A stretch of DNA of 52,969 nt from an uncultured Deinococcaceae bacterium (GCA_964252075.1 CAXULY010000038.1:1-52969); one strand, 5' to 3'; counted from the stretch's first letter, positions 8,721 to 18,449 are shown. A program made the numbers and translations. The notes: generated by a model not told the origin, from the letters alone.

Positions 8721-11471
8721 ATGGCGGGCCTCGCCCGGCGGCTCGTCACGCTTGCGCCCGCCCTCGCCCTCAGCGCGTTCAGCTTCGCGGGCGCCCGCAC
8801 CGTCGAGATCATCAGCGCCGACCGTCTGGAACTCCGCAAAGTCGACAGCCAGGACCTCGTCGTCATCAGCGGCGGACCCGTCGAACTGCACATCGATCAG
8901 GACGTCATCAAGGCGCGCCGTGTGGAGTTCAACCGCACCAAGCGCGTCCTCACGCTCGTCGGCGCGGGCAGTTACCTCAGCCACCCCACCGGCCCGGACG
9001 GCGGCACCACCGAGCAGCTCGTCACCGGGCAGAACCTCGTGGTGGACCTCGGCACCGAGAACCTCGCGGGCGAGGACGTCATCGTGTCCAGCGCGAACCT
9101 CGAAATTCGCGGCGAGGCCATCGAGCGCGTGCCCGGCCAGCTCACCGTCACGAGCGGGTACTTCACGCCCTGCGCGAAATGCGGGCGCACCCCCAACGAT
9201 TACGCCTTCCGCGCGCGCGACATCCGCCTGTACCCCGGCGACCGCCTCGTCGCGTTCGGCGCCACCCTGCTCCTCGCGGACGCGCCCGTCGCGTACATCC
9301 CCGCCATCGTGCTGTTCCTGCGCGAGAAGGACCGCCAGCCGCAGCTCAGCATCGCGCAGGACGTCACGGACGGCTTCACCGTGAAGGCCACCCTGCCGTT
9401 CGTGATCGGGGACGCCGCGTTCGGCAACACCATCGTCCATTACTACGAGAACCGCGACCCACAGTTCGGGCTGGGCGTGAACCTCACCTCCTACCAGACC
9501 TTCCCCACGCTGGACCGCCTCTCCCTGTACGCCATCGCGGAACCCCGCAAAGTCACGGACGGCACGGGCGGCTTCGACTTCGACCTGAACCTCGACGCGA
9601 AAGGCAACGCGCCCGTGCAGGGCAGCGTGGGCGGCCTCACGTACGGCGTGACCGCCACGCGCAGCGACACCACCAGCGCCATCAACGGCAAGGGCATCAC
9701 CGTCGTGGACGCCAAGGCGGCCGTGGACCTCGGGAGTTTCTCCGTGGCGGGCGAGTACCTCGACCGTTACGGGCCCGCCCCCACCGGCCCCCTCTACACG
9801 CCCCTCAAGAAGCCCGAGGTGATCGTGGACCCGGACGCCATCGTGTCCGGCAAGCTCAGCGCCGACTTCCGGGTCACGGCGGGCAACTACACCGCCGCCG
9901 TAAACCCCGCGAACCGCACCGCGAACACCGCCGCCGTGAACGGCAACGTCACCACCAGCCGCCTGCAGATCGAGCACGTGGACAGTTACAGCGTGACGCC
10001 CTGGAGTGGCGCGACCTTCAGCGTGCAGAACACCTTCACGGGCCGCTATTACGGGAGCCTCAACCCGAACGGCCCGGGCGGCGCGCGCGTCGTGGACCTG
10101 CGCTTCAACGCGCACCTCGACCAGAGCTTCGGCACGTCCGGGAACACCGCTGGACTGGATTACACGTACACGCGCCAGGAAGGCACCTCGCCCTTCCAGT
10201 TCGACGCGGGCTTCGGGCGGCGCAACATCAGCGCGGTCCTCACGGGCAGCCTGAACGTCACGCCCATCCAGGGCCTCGGGTTTACCGCGCAGTTCCCGTA
10301 CGACTTCGCGAAGGACACGCAGCACCAGCAGCCCGCCACCGTCGGCGTGAACGTGAACCGCGACCCCCTGTTCCTCACCGTGAACTACCGACCGAACTTC
10401 TTCACGGGCCTCGCGGACAGCGGCAGTGCCAGCTTCGGCCTCGGGCAGAGCGGCAGCGGCGTGTACTTCAACGCCAGCACCAGTTACGACAAGAGCAGCG
10501 GCTTCAGCCCCCTGCAGCTCGGCCTGAGCTACACCGACGTGTACCGCACGAACAGCGTCACGGTCGGCAGCACCTTCAACTTCCAGTACGGCGCGTGGGA
10601 CAACACGAACTTCGTCATCACGGGCGTCGCGAGCCGCGACCCGGTCTTCAACCCCGTGAGCTTCACCGCGCGCCAGACGCTCTACTACCCACTCGCCAAA
10701 CGCTCCGACCAGTACAATGAGCGGCCCTCTCGGGTGGACGGCAGCACCGACATCACGTGGCGCGACCTCGCCTTCAACGAAACGCACAGTCTGCCCCTCA
10801 CGCAGTACAGCACCTACACAGGCGTCGCGGGCACCGAAACGCTCGGCAGCGCGAGTTTCCGCGTGGGCAACGTGCAGGCCAGCAGTTACCTCGGCGGCAC
10901 GACCAGCTGGAGCGCCACGTACGGCGGCAGTTACAGCACCGTGCGCGGTGGCTGGACCACCCCCACCCTCACCGGCCGCGTGCAGAGCACCCGCAACCTG
11001 CAGTCCTTCGGGGCGGACGCCACCGTCAGCATGCCGGGCCTCAACCAGCCCATCACGGAGCTGACGGGCGCGAACCTCAGCAGCAACTACCAGTTCACCC
11101 CGCGCTTCGCCGTGGGCGGCGCCGTGCACTACAGCCGATACCGGGGCGGCGCGAGCACCACCACCACCCTGAACCTCGACAGCCTGAACTTCACCTTCGG
11201 CCTGGGCCGCAACGAGCGCCCGGACCTGTACGTCACGACCACCCTCCGCCAGACCCTCACGTGGGTGAACGGCATGCCGCAGGCCCCCCAGCCCCTCAAG
11301 CCGATCGTGCAGCTCACGCTGGACCGCTGCTGCTGGGCGCTGAACTTCGAGTTCAACCCCCTGGACCGCTACATCCGCTTCGGGCTGAGCTTCCCCGGCA
11401 GCGACTTCACGCCCGGCATCAACGTGAACCAGAACGGCCCGGCCCTCAGCGGCCTGAACACCCTGCCTTAA
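8721..11471 (+). CDS. LptD/OstA-like outer-membrane beta-barrel protein
   Basis: Signal peptide, N-terminal beta-jellyroll-like region, YFTPC motif, many amphipathic beta strands, C-terminal DRCCW (LptD-type vicinal Cys pair). Confidence 0.7.
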   Translation: MAGLARRLVTLAPALALSAFSFAGARTVEIISADRLELRKVDSQDLVVISGGPVELHIDQDVIKARRVEFNRTKRVLTLVGAGSYLSHPTGPDGGTTEQLVTGQNLVVDLGTENLAGEDVIVSSANLEIRGEAIERVPGQLTVTSGYFTPCAKCGRTPNDYAFRARDIRLYPGDRLVAFGATLLLADAPVAYIPAIVLFLREKDRQPQLSIAQDVTDGFTVKATLPFVIGDAAFGNTIVHYYENRDPQFGLGVNLTSYQTFPTLDRLSLYAIAEPRKVTDGTGGFDFDLNLDAKGNAPVQGSVGGLTYGVTATRSDTTSAINGKGITVVDAKAAVDLGSFSVAGEYLDRYGPAPTGPLYTPLKKPEVIVDPDAIVSGKLSADFRVTAGNYTAAVNPANRTANTAAVNGNVTTSRLQIEHVDSYSVTPWSGATFSVQNTFTGRYYGSLNPNGPGGARVVDLRFNAHLDQSFGTSGNTAGLDYTYTRQEGTSPFQFDAGFGRRNISAVLTGSLNVTPIQGLGFTAQFPYDFAKDTQHQQPATVGVNVNRDPLFLTVNYRPNFFTGLADSGSASFGLGQSGSGVYFNASTSYDKSSGFSPLQLGLSYTDVYRTNSVTVGSTFNFQYGAWDNTNFVITGVASRDPVFNPVSFTARQTLYYPLAKRSDQYNERPSRVDGSTDITWRDLAFNETHSLPLTQYSTYTGVAGTETLGSASFRVGNVQASSYLGGTTSWSATYGGSYSTVRGGWTTPTLTGRVQSTRNLQSFGADATVSMPGLNQPITELTGANLSSNYQFTPRFAVGGAVHYSRYRGGASTTTTLNLDSLNFTFGLGRNERPDLYVTTTLRQTLTWVNGMPQAPQPLKPIVQLTLDRCCWALNFEFNPLDRYIRFGLSFPGSDFTPGINVNQNGPALSGLNTLP

Positions 11472-11482
11472 GGAGACCCGTC

Positions 11483-12607
11483 ATGTCCCGCACCGCCCTC
11501 AAGGGCCTGCTGACCGTCCTCGGCGCGCTCGCCCTCACCGCCTGCACCGGCACGCAAGCCGCGCTGCCCGAAGTGCGCCTCGTCATTCTGGACAACACCG
11601 CCTCGGGACCGGCCCTGGTTGTCGCGGACCCCAGCGGCACGGACGACGACAACCCCACGCCGCGAAGCACCACCGTCCCGGTCCCTGGCGCGATCGGTGT
11701 GGAGACACTGGCGGGCACGAACCGCTTCGCGGTCGCGTTTCCCGATCACGTTACGCTCTACCAGGTGACGGACAGTGGTGGCGCGAGTGGCCTCGGCGCT
11801 CAGCCCGTCAACGTGACGAACCCCGCGGACCCCAACAACCCCAGCTGGTTCGCGCTCCCGCAGCGCACGAACGCCACGCCGGCCAGCATCACGCCGTGCT
11901 TCACGAAGATGGAAGCGGACAACACGCGCACGCTGCTGGTGCTGCTCAGCGCCTGCCCGGGCGGCGCGCAGCAGGAGGTGGTGCTGAACACCAGCAACAG
12001 TGACCCCACCGCGTCGTGGTGGCGGGACCTGCCCGCGCCGTACGCGGACCCCAGCCAGACGTTCATCGCGGTGAACGGCAACACCATCTATGCCTCACGA
12101 CTCAGCGTGAGTGGTACCGGGAGTGATGTGCTGCAGGGCGCCTTCAGTGACGGGCAGACGCAGATGCGCGTGACGAACACGGGTGGACAACTGCCGATTA
12201 TCCGAGACCTGGTGAACGCCCAGGGCACCGTGTATGCAGCGACGGACGACTCCACGCAGGGCGTGCGCCCCGTGAACGCCACGGACCTCGGCACGGCCCG
12301 CCTCACGCCACGCGCGAACCGCCTGTTCGCGGACAGTGACCTGCTGGCCGCCTGGAACGATGCCTCGCAGCTGTTCTTCGCGCGGGGCGCGCAGAGCAAC
12401 ACCGCCACGCCCCTGAGCGCGTATGACGTGCGCGGCGTGGCCGTGCCGCCGGACGGGTACGCGTACGCCCTGAGTGGCGCGAGCCTCATTCGTTACGACG
12501 TGCTGGTGGGCCTCGCCGCGCCGAATAACAGCTTCAACGCCACGAGCGTGTACCTGCCGACGGGCCTCAGCAACCCCACCGACATCGCGTGGGTGGTGCC
12601 GCAGTGA
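11483..12607 (+). CDS. Lipoprotein, beta-rich (possible beta-propeller), unknown function
   Basis: AAGGAG RBS; lipobox LALTA-C after a basic/hydrophobic signal peptide. Confidence 0.8.
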   Translation: MSRTALKGLLTVLGALALTACTGTQAALPEVRLVILDNTASGPALVVADPSGTDDDNPTPRSTTVPVPGAIGVETLAGTNRFAVAFPDHVTLYQVTDSGGASGLGAQPVNVTNPADPNNPSWFALPQRTNATPASITPCFTKMEADNTRTLLVLLSACPGGAQQEVVLNTSNSDPTASWWRDLPAPYADPSQTFIAVNGNTIYASRLSVSGTGSDVLQGAFSDGQTQMRVTNTGGQLPIIRDLVNAQGTVYAATDDSTQGVRPVNATDLGTARLTPRANRLFADSDLLAAWNDASQLFFARGAQSNTATPLSAYDVRGVAVPPDGYAYALSGASLIRYDVLVGLAAPNNSFNATSVYLPTGLSNPTDIAWVVPQ

Positions 12608-13008
12608 ACGTGGAGCGCATTGATCACATCGCGATGGCCACGCCGGACCTGGAGGTGGGGAGTGCGCCGTACGTCGCGCTGGGCCTCACGCCGGAAGGGC
12701 CGGACGAGCTTGTTGAAGGGCAGGGGGTGTGGGTGCGCGCGTTCCGGGTGGGGGAGAGTCTGATTGAGCTGCTGGCCCCGGCGCGCGAGGACAGCCCCAT
12801 CGCGGTGTTCCTGGCGAAGCGCGGGCCGGGCCTGCATCACGTGGCGCTGCGGGTGCCGGACGTTCAGGCGGAGATGGACCGCCTGCGCGCGGAGGGCGCG
12901 GCCTTCCTTTCGGATGGGCCGCAGGCGGGCCGGGCGGGTTCGCGCGTGGCGTTCCTGCACCCGAAGTGGGGGGCGGGCACCCTCATCGAGCTGGTCGAGC
13001 ACCATTGA
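12604..13008 (+). CDS. mce: VOC/glyoxalase family protein, methylmalonyl-CoA epimerase-like
   Basis: IDHIAMA, IELL, GPGLHHVAL, AFLHPK...GTLIELVE. GTG overlaps the upstream TGA. Confidence 0.8.
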   Translation: MNVERIDHIAMATPDLEVGSAPYVALGLTPEGPDELVEGQGVWVRAFRVGESLIELLAPAREDSPIAVFLAKRGPGLHHVALRVPDVQAEMDRLRAEGAAFLSDGPQAGRAGSRVAFLHPKWGAGTLIELVEHH

Positions 13009-13367
13009 GGGGCTTCTGGTGGCTGGTGGCGGTCGCGCAGGTGACGGGCACCTGGTGGCTGTCCAGTCAGGCGACGCCGCTGGGCGTGGGCCTCACGGCG
13101 CCGTGGGACAAGGTCGCGCACGGCCTGAGCTTCCTGGTGCTGGGGTACGCGCTGGCGCGTGCGACGGGGCGCCCCGCGACCGCGTGGGTGCTCGCGGCGT
13201 GGCTGGGCGCGCTGGATGAGGCGCACCAGGCGTTCGTGCCAGGCCGCGAGGCCGGCCTGCCGGACTGGCTGGCAGACGTGCTGGGGAGCGGACTGGGGTG
13301 CGTCCTGGCGCGGCGCGTGCAGCGACGCCGTGCGGTGCAGGTGGTGGAGGGCGACGCGCGCACCTGA
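13005..13367 (+). CDS. VanZ family membrane protein
   Basis: WDKVAH...DEAHQAFVPGR...DWLAD motif. TTG start overlaps the upstream stop. Confidence 0.85.
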   Translation: MRGFWWLVAVAQVTGTWWLSSQATPLGVGLTAPWDKVAHGLSFLVLGYALARATGRPATAWVLAAWLGALDEAHQAFVPGREAGLPDWLADVLGSGLGCVLARRVQRRRAVQVVEGDART

Positions 13368-13378
13368 ACGCGGTGCCC

Positions 13379-13417
13379 AAAAGCGGGGGCGGCGCACAGG
13401 CGCCGCCCCCTCCTTTT
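13379..13417. terminator. Probable bidirectional intrinsic terminator between vanZ and the roadblock operon
   Basis: GGGGGCGGCGC-ACAG-GCGCCGCCCCC stem flanked by A and T tracts, between convergent genes. Confidence 0.75.
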
Positions 13418-13426
13418 CATTTGCCC

Positions 13427-13738
13427 TCAGGCGGTGAGGGTGGGGATCAGTTTCTTGAGGGCGAAGCGCACGCGGCCCAGGCTCGTGACGTCGTCGAAGG
13501 CCGTGATGAGGGTGCGGTCTCCGAGGCTGGTGAGCAGCACGGGGCCATCCTCGAACTCGATCAGCATGTCCTTCAGTTCGCCGCTGCCCAGCGCGGAGAT
13601 CAGGCTGCCCGCGATGGCACGGCCGGTCGCGACGAGTTGCACGTCCGGCTCGCCGCCCGCGGAGCCCAGCACGGCTCCGGAAGCGTCGATGAGGGCGGCG
13701 CGTTTCACGCCGCGAATGCCCAGCATGGAATCCAGCAT
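13427..13738 (-). CDS. Roadblock/LC7 (MglB-like) domain protein 3
   Basis: GVKRAALIDASG...IEFEDG...LGRVRFALK roadblock pattern. Confidence 0.8.
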   Translation of the reverse strand: MLDSMLGIRGVKRAALIDASGAVLGSAGGEPDVQLVATGRAIAGSLISALGSGELKDMLIEFEDGPVLLTSLGDRTLITAFDDVTSLGRVRFALKKLIPTLTA

Positions 13739-13742
13739 GCGG

Positions 13743-14084
13743 TCAGGCTCCCTGTCCGGGCAGCGCGCCCATCAGTTCCGTCGCGAGGCGCGCGAGTTCC
13801 ATCTGCGCGGCGCGGGTATCGGTGCCGCGCGGGGAGGCGAAGGCCGCCGTGTAGGGGCCCGCTGCCACCGCGACGACCTCCAGGCTTTCGGTGGTGAAGG
13901 CGAGGCGCGTGACAACGCCGCCGCCGAGGCGGCGGGAGGTGCGGTCCAGGCCGAGGCGCAGGGACGCGATCTCGGCGGCGAGCTGCTCACCCTGTTCGCC
14001 GTGCGCTTCGAGGGCCAGTCCGTCCGGACCGACGAGCGCGGCGGAGTGCAGATTCGGGACGGCGAGGAGGGAGCGCAGCTTCAC
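13743..14084 (-). CDS. Roadblock/LC7 (MglB-like) domain protein 2
   Basis: SAALVGPDGLALE...QLAAEIA pattern; GTGA overlap with the upstream gene. Confidence 0.78.
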   Translation of the reverse strand: MKLRSLLAVPNLHSAALVGPDGLALEAHGEQGEQLAAEIASLRLGLDRTSRRLGGGVVTRLAFTTESLEVVAVAAGPYTAAFASPRGTDTRAAQMELARLATELMGALPGQGA

Positions 14085-14431
14085 AACAGCTCCCGCAGGC
14101 CGCGCGCCGCCTGAAGGCCGTAGAGTCGGGCCTGCCCGAGGCTGCCGGTCTTGTCCACCACGACCATCAGGAAGAAATCCTCGCCGATGGGCAGGGCGTA
14201 CACGCCGAGCTGGTCGCCGCGCACGTAGAATTCCCGCACGGAGCCGCTGTTCAGGGTGTCCTGGTAGGCGTGTGAGGCCGAGCGGATCAGGCCCGCGTGC
14301 TCGGCCACCAGCAGGCTGAGGTCCATGGCCTGGTTGCTGTGGCCTTCCACCAGCAGGCCGTCGAAGCCGCCGATGGCGGCGCCCAGGGCACCATCCACAT
14401 CGGCGACGAGTTGTGTGAGCTGATCGAGCAT
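14081..14431 (-). CDS. Roadblock/LC7 (MglB-like) domain protein 1
   Basis: VDGALGAAIGGFDGLLVE...LGQARL pattern. TATACT -10 box at 14440-14445. Confidence 0.85.
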   Translation of the reverse strand: MLDQLTQLVADVDGALGAAIGGFDGLLVEGHSNQAMDLSLLVAEHAGLIRSASHAYQDTLNSGSVREFYVRGDQLGVYALPIGEDFFLMVVVDKTGSLGQARLYGLQAARGLRELL

Positions 14432-14493
14432 GACGGCTCAGTATAGGAGGCTGAACGTTCCGTGAGAGCCGAAAATGAGCCGTGCGGCTCGCC

Positions 14494-15095
<602 letters not shown>

Positions 15096-15099
<4 letters not shown>

Positions 15100-15398
15100 C
15101 GCATCATCCCGCCGAGGAAGCCCAGGCTCTTCTGGGTCTCGTTCTGCTGCAGCTCGTCGGCTTTCGCGCTGGCGTCCTGCACCGCCACCGTGATGAGGTC
15201 CTCCAGGGACTCCACGTCGTCCGGGTCGACCGCTTCGGGTTTGATCTTGATGCCGAGCAGTTTGCCCTGGCCGTTCATGGTGACCGTCACCATGCCGCTC
15301 GCCTGACCTTCCACGGTCATGCCCGCCAGTTCCTCCTGGATCTTGGCGGCGGCGGTCTGGGCCTGCTGCATCTGCTTCATCAGCTTCTTCATGTCCAT
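15096..15398 (-). CDS. ybaB: YbaB/EbfC nucleoid-associated protein
   Basis: MKKLMKQMQQ...DPDDVESLEDLI; canonical position upstream of recR. Confidence 0.95.
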
Positions 15399-15706
15399 GC
15401 TGAGGAACAGTTTACCGTCTGCGCCGGGCGGGCACGGTGACGGCGTGCCGGGTCAGTGGCGAAGGGTGGCGACACTGTGCGGCCAGCCGCTGACGGGGAC
15501 ATCCCCTTCACGGTCCAGTAGGTGCCGTGGTGTGGATGAACTCCGGCAGACTCTGCATGAGTTTTGTACCCAGACTGCGCCGCCAGCCGTGCTCCGTCCC
15601 TCGCGGTCCGGACGGAGCGCATCCCCACACGCCCTCCTTGATCGCTGATGCTGCACTTCCAGTGTCAAACGCCGCCCGCCCACCAGCCGATCGCTGGGGC
15701 GGGCGT

Positions 15707-16384
15707 TCAGAGTGCGGGGACGCGCACGCGGCTGGCGCGGCGGTACAGCTGCGCGGGGCGGCCCACGCCGTTGCGGCGCTCGCCGCTCGCGGTGAGGAGG
15801 CCCTGCGCGAGCAGGCGCTTGCGGAAGTTGCGTTTGTCCAGCTTGCGGTTCAGGATCGCCTCGTACACGCCCTGCAGTTCGGGCAGCGTGAAGGTCTCGG
15901 GCAGGAATTCCAGCGCGAGGTGCGCGTACTCCAGGCGCGTCTGCAGTTTGCGGATGGCGCGCTGCAGGATGCCCGCGTGATCGAACGCGAGGGGCGGCGG
16001 TTCGTGCGCGGGAAACCACGCTGCGGCGAGCGTGTGGCCGCCGCTCTCCACGTCCACCATGCCGTGCGGGAGGACCGCCATGTGCGCGACGCTCACGATG
16101 CGGCCGCGCGGGTCGCGGTCCACGTCCCCGAAGGTGTAGAACTGCTCGAGGTGCGTGGGGGAGAGGTCCACGGCAGTCTCCTCGCGCAGTTCGCGCAGCG
16201 CCGCCTCGTGCAGTTCCTCGCGCTGCTGCACGAAGCCGCCGGGCAGCGCCCAGACTTCCGCGTGCGGGCGGCTGCCGCGCTGCACGAGCAGCACGTGCAG
16301 TTCGCCCTGGTGCATGGCGAAGGCCGCGACGTCCACTGCCAGCCCGACCTGCGCGGCCTGCGGAGGCAGTGTAAGTGTCGTCAT
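15707..16384 (-). CDS. nrtR: NrtR-type Nudix-wHTH transcriptional regulator
   Basis: Nudix box WALPGG...AALRELREET, RDPRGR, LAFDH, then wHTH FTLPELQ...DKRNFRK...GRPAQLY. Confidence 0.88.
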   Translation of the reverse strand: MTTLTLPPQAAQVGLAVDVAAFAMHQGELHVLLVQRGSRPHAEVWALPGGFVQQREELHEAALRELREETAVDLSPTHLEQFYTFGDVDRDPRGRIVSVAHMAVLPHGMVDVESGGHTLAAAWFPAHEPPPLAFDHAGILQRAIRKLQTRLEYAHLALEFLPETFTLPELQGVYEAILNRKLDKRNFRKRLLAQGLLTASGERRNGVGRPAQLYRRASRVRVPAL

Positions 16385-16392
16385 GACACATA
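16372..16392. promoter_or_regulatory. Candidate NrtR operator (21-bp palindrome, GT-N7-AC core) overlapping the nrtR start codon
   Basis: TAAGTGTC-GTCAT-GACACATA; arms match at 7 of 8 positions. Confidence 0.75.
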
Positions 16393-16420
16393 TGCTAAGA
16401 GACCGTCAGGGACGTGTCAA
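16392..16420 (-). promoter_or_regulatory. sigma70/SigA promoter of nrtR (leaderless geometry)
   Basis: TTGACA-17 nt-TAGCAT on the minus strand, with the ATG 7 nt after the -10 box. Confidence 0.8.
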
Positions 16421-16469
16421 GCAATAAGTGTCACGGTGCGGGTGGCGCGGCGGGCGGTTCTCAAGGGTT

Positions 16470-18449
16470 TCAGGGCTCCTTTTGTGTAGGCAGGCCCGCC
16501 CCTGCCGCCCGGCGCACCTGGATGTGCGCGCGCAGCACTTCGGCCACGCTCCAGGCCTGGAAGGGGCAGCCGCCGGGCGTGCGCGCGTCCCCCGCGAAGA
16601 CCTCGCTGACACTCCCCACGCCCGCCTCCCACAGGTGCGCCCGCAGGCCGTCCAGCGCCGCGTCGGCCTCAACCACCCGGCCTTCGCGCAGCAGCAGGTC
16701 CACGTAGGCGCCCATCGGCCATGGCCAGATGGTGCCCTGGTGGTACGCGGCATCCCGCACGAGTTGCGGCCCACCGTAATTCCCGAGGTACCGGGGGTCG
16801 CTCGGCGCGAGCGTGTGCGTCCCCTGCGGCGTCACGAGTTCCCGCGCCGCGAGCTGCAGGGCCGCCCGCACCTGCGGCGGCGTGGCGGGCGTGCCAGGCA
16901 GGCTCAGCGCGATGAGGGCGTTCGGGCGCACGCTCGGGTCGTGCGCGCCGTCTGGGGACAGGACGTCCCAGCAGAACCCGAGGCCCGCGTTCCAGAAGCG
17001 CCCGAACGCCGCGCGGCTGCGCTGCAGCACCTCCTCGAATTGCGGGCGCTCGTTCAGCCGCGCGCTCAGCCAGCTTTCGGCCTCCAGTGCGCCCACCCAC
17101 AGCGCCTGAATCTCCACCGCCGCGCCGTGCCGGGGCGTCACCACCCAGTCCGCGATCTTCACGTCCATCCACGTGAGTTGCACGCCCGCCTCGCCCGCCA
17201 GCAGCAGGCCACCCTCGGCGTCCAGACGGATGCCGTAGAGGGTGCCGCGCACGTGCCACGCGAGGGCCTCACGCAACCGCGCGAGCGCCTCGCGCGCGAA
17301 CGGCAGGTCGTCCGTGGCGCGCACGTAGCGCTGGCAGGCCTGTGCGAGCCACAGCGCGCCGTCCACGGTGTTGAAGCCCGCACCCTGTCCGTCCTCCAGG
17401 AAGTTGTTGGGTGTCAGGCCGCCCTGCATGTGGCTCAGGAACGTCTGCAGCAGCGAGCGCGCTTCCTCGAAGCGCCCGGTCTGCAGCAGCAGGCCGTCCA
17501 GCGCGATCATGCTGTCGCGCCCCCAGTCCGCGAACCAGGGGTAGCCCGCGATCACGCTCACGCCGCGGGTGCTCTCGCGCCGCACCACGAAGGCGTCCGC
17601 CGCGACCGCCAGGGTCGCCACGGTGTCGTCCCGCACGCCGGACGTGTCCCAGGCGCGCTGCACGAGCGCCGCCCGGCGCGCACCCTCGGCGTCCCACGCC
17701 CCGAACGCGTCCAGGCTGGCGTCCCCCAGGCCGTCCACCACGAGCGCCACCTGCCCGCCTCCGGGCGGCAGCGACACGCGCCACAGGTCCGCGCGCTGCA
17801 CCCGATCGTTGTCCGGGCCGCCGCGCGCGGGCTCCATGGGCAGGTACACGCGCTGCGGGCGCGCTTCCGGCGTGAGGGGCTGCAGCTGCCCGGCGGGCGC
17901 CTGCACGCGCAGCGTAAGGGTCTGCTGGCCGCGCACGACCGCGCGCTCACCCCGCACCTCGAAGCTCAGGTTGGGTGCTGCAACGTGCACCGCGTGCATG
18001 TCGCGGTCCGTGAACAGGCCACCCAGCGTGAGGGTGCAGGCCTGCGCGCACTGCACGTCGTACAGGTACACCAGGGCGCCACTATGGCGCGGCATGACCA
18101 TGCGCCGCGTGACGCGGGCGCCCGCAAAGACCTGCACCCGTTCGGGCAGCAGGTCGCGCAGCGTGACGTGCGAGGTCAGCCGCAGGCCGCTCCCGTCGTA
18201 CGCGCCCGGCGCGAGGGCGAAAGCGTGCAGCTCCGCGGTGTGGCCCGCGACGTTCAGGTGCTCCAGCGGGGACAGCCACATCAGCCAGCGGCGCGCGGGG
18301 GGTTCGAGGCTCACGGCGAGGCCCGAGTAGCAGCGGGTGGGGACGCCCGCCAGCGACGTCAGGGAGAAGCCCCCCAGGCCATCGGTGAGCAGGCCCTCCA
18401 GCTGGGGGTCCTGCAGGCGCTGCTGGCCGAAATGGCGGACATTCATCAC
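16470..18449 (-). CDS. Amylo-alpha-1,6-glucosidase (glycogen debranching enzyme family)
   Basis: IAGYPWFADWGRDSMI, LTWMD, VEIQALW, RPNAL, YHQGTIWPW, QAWSVAE. Confidence 0.92.
   Translation of the reverse strand: MMNVRHFGQQRLQDPQLEGLLTDGLGGFSLTSLAGVPTRCYSGLAVSLEPPARRWLMWLSPLEHLNVAGHTAELHAFALAPGAYDGSGLRLTSHVTLRDLLPERVQVFAGARVTRRMVMPRHSGALVYLYDVQCAQACTLTLGGLFTDRDMHAVHVAAPNLSFEVRGERAVVRGQQTLTLRVQAPAGQLQPLTPEARPQRVYLPMEPARGGPDNDRVQRADLWRVSLPPGGGQVALVVDGLGDASLDAFGAWDAEGARRAALVQRAWDTSGVRDDTVATLAVAADAFVVRRESTRGVSVIAGYPWFADWGRDSMIALDGLLLQTGRFEEARSLLQTFLSHMQGGLTPNNFLEDGQGAGFNTVDGALWLAQACQRYVRATDDLPFAREALARLREALAWHVRGTLYGIRLDAEGGLLLAGEAGVQLTWMDVKIADWVVTPRHGAAVEIQALWVGALEAESWLSARLNERPQFEEVLQRSRAAFGRFWNAGLGFCWDVLSPDGAHDPSVRPNALIALSLPGTPATPPQVRAALQLAARELVTPQGTHTLAPSDPRYLGNYGGPQLVRDAAYHQGTIWPWPMGAYVDLLLREGRVVEADAALDGLRAHLWEAGVGSVSEVFAGDARTPGGCPFQAWSVAEVLRAHIQVRRAAGAGLPTQKEP

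Noticed and set aside
6177..11129. 1650-aa minus-strand ORF
   Set aside because: Only the last 400 aa are a real FAD oxidoreductase. The rest is the antisense shadow of the SpoIID and LptD-like genes, caused by GC3 bias.
13005..13367. vanZ as a glycopeptide-resistance marker
   Set aside because: VanZ-family genes are widespread, and no other van genes are present.
15399..15706. SRP RNA (ffs), often near dnaX-ybaB-recR
   Set aside because: The conserved SRP domain IV motif (CAGG..CGGAAG..AGCAG) was not found on either strand.
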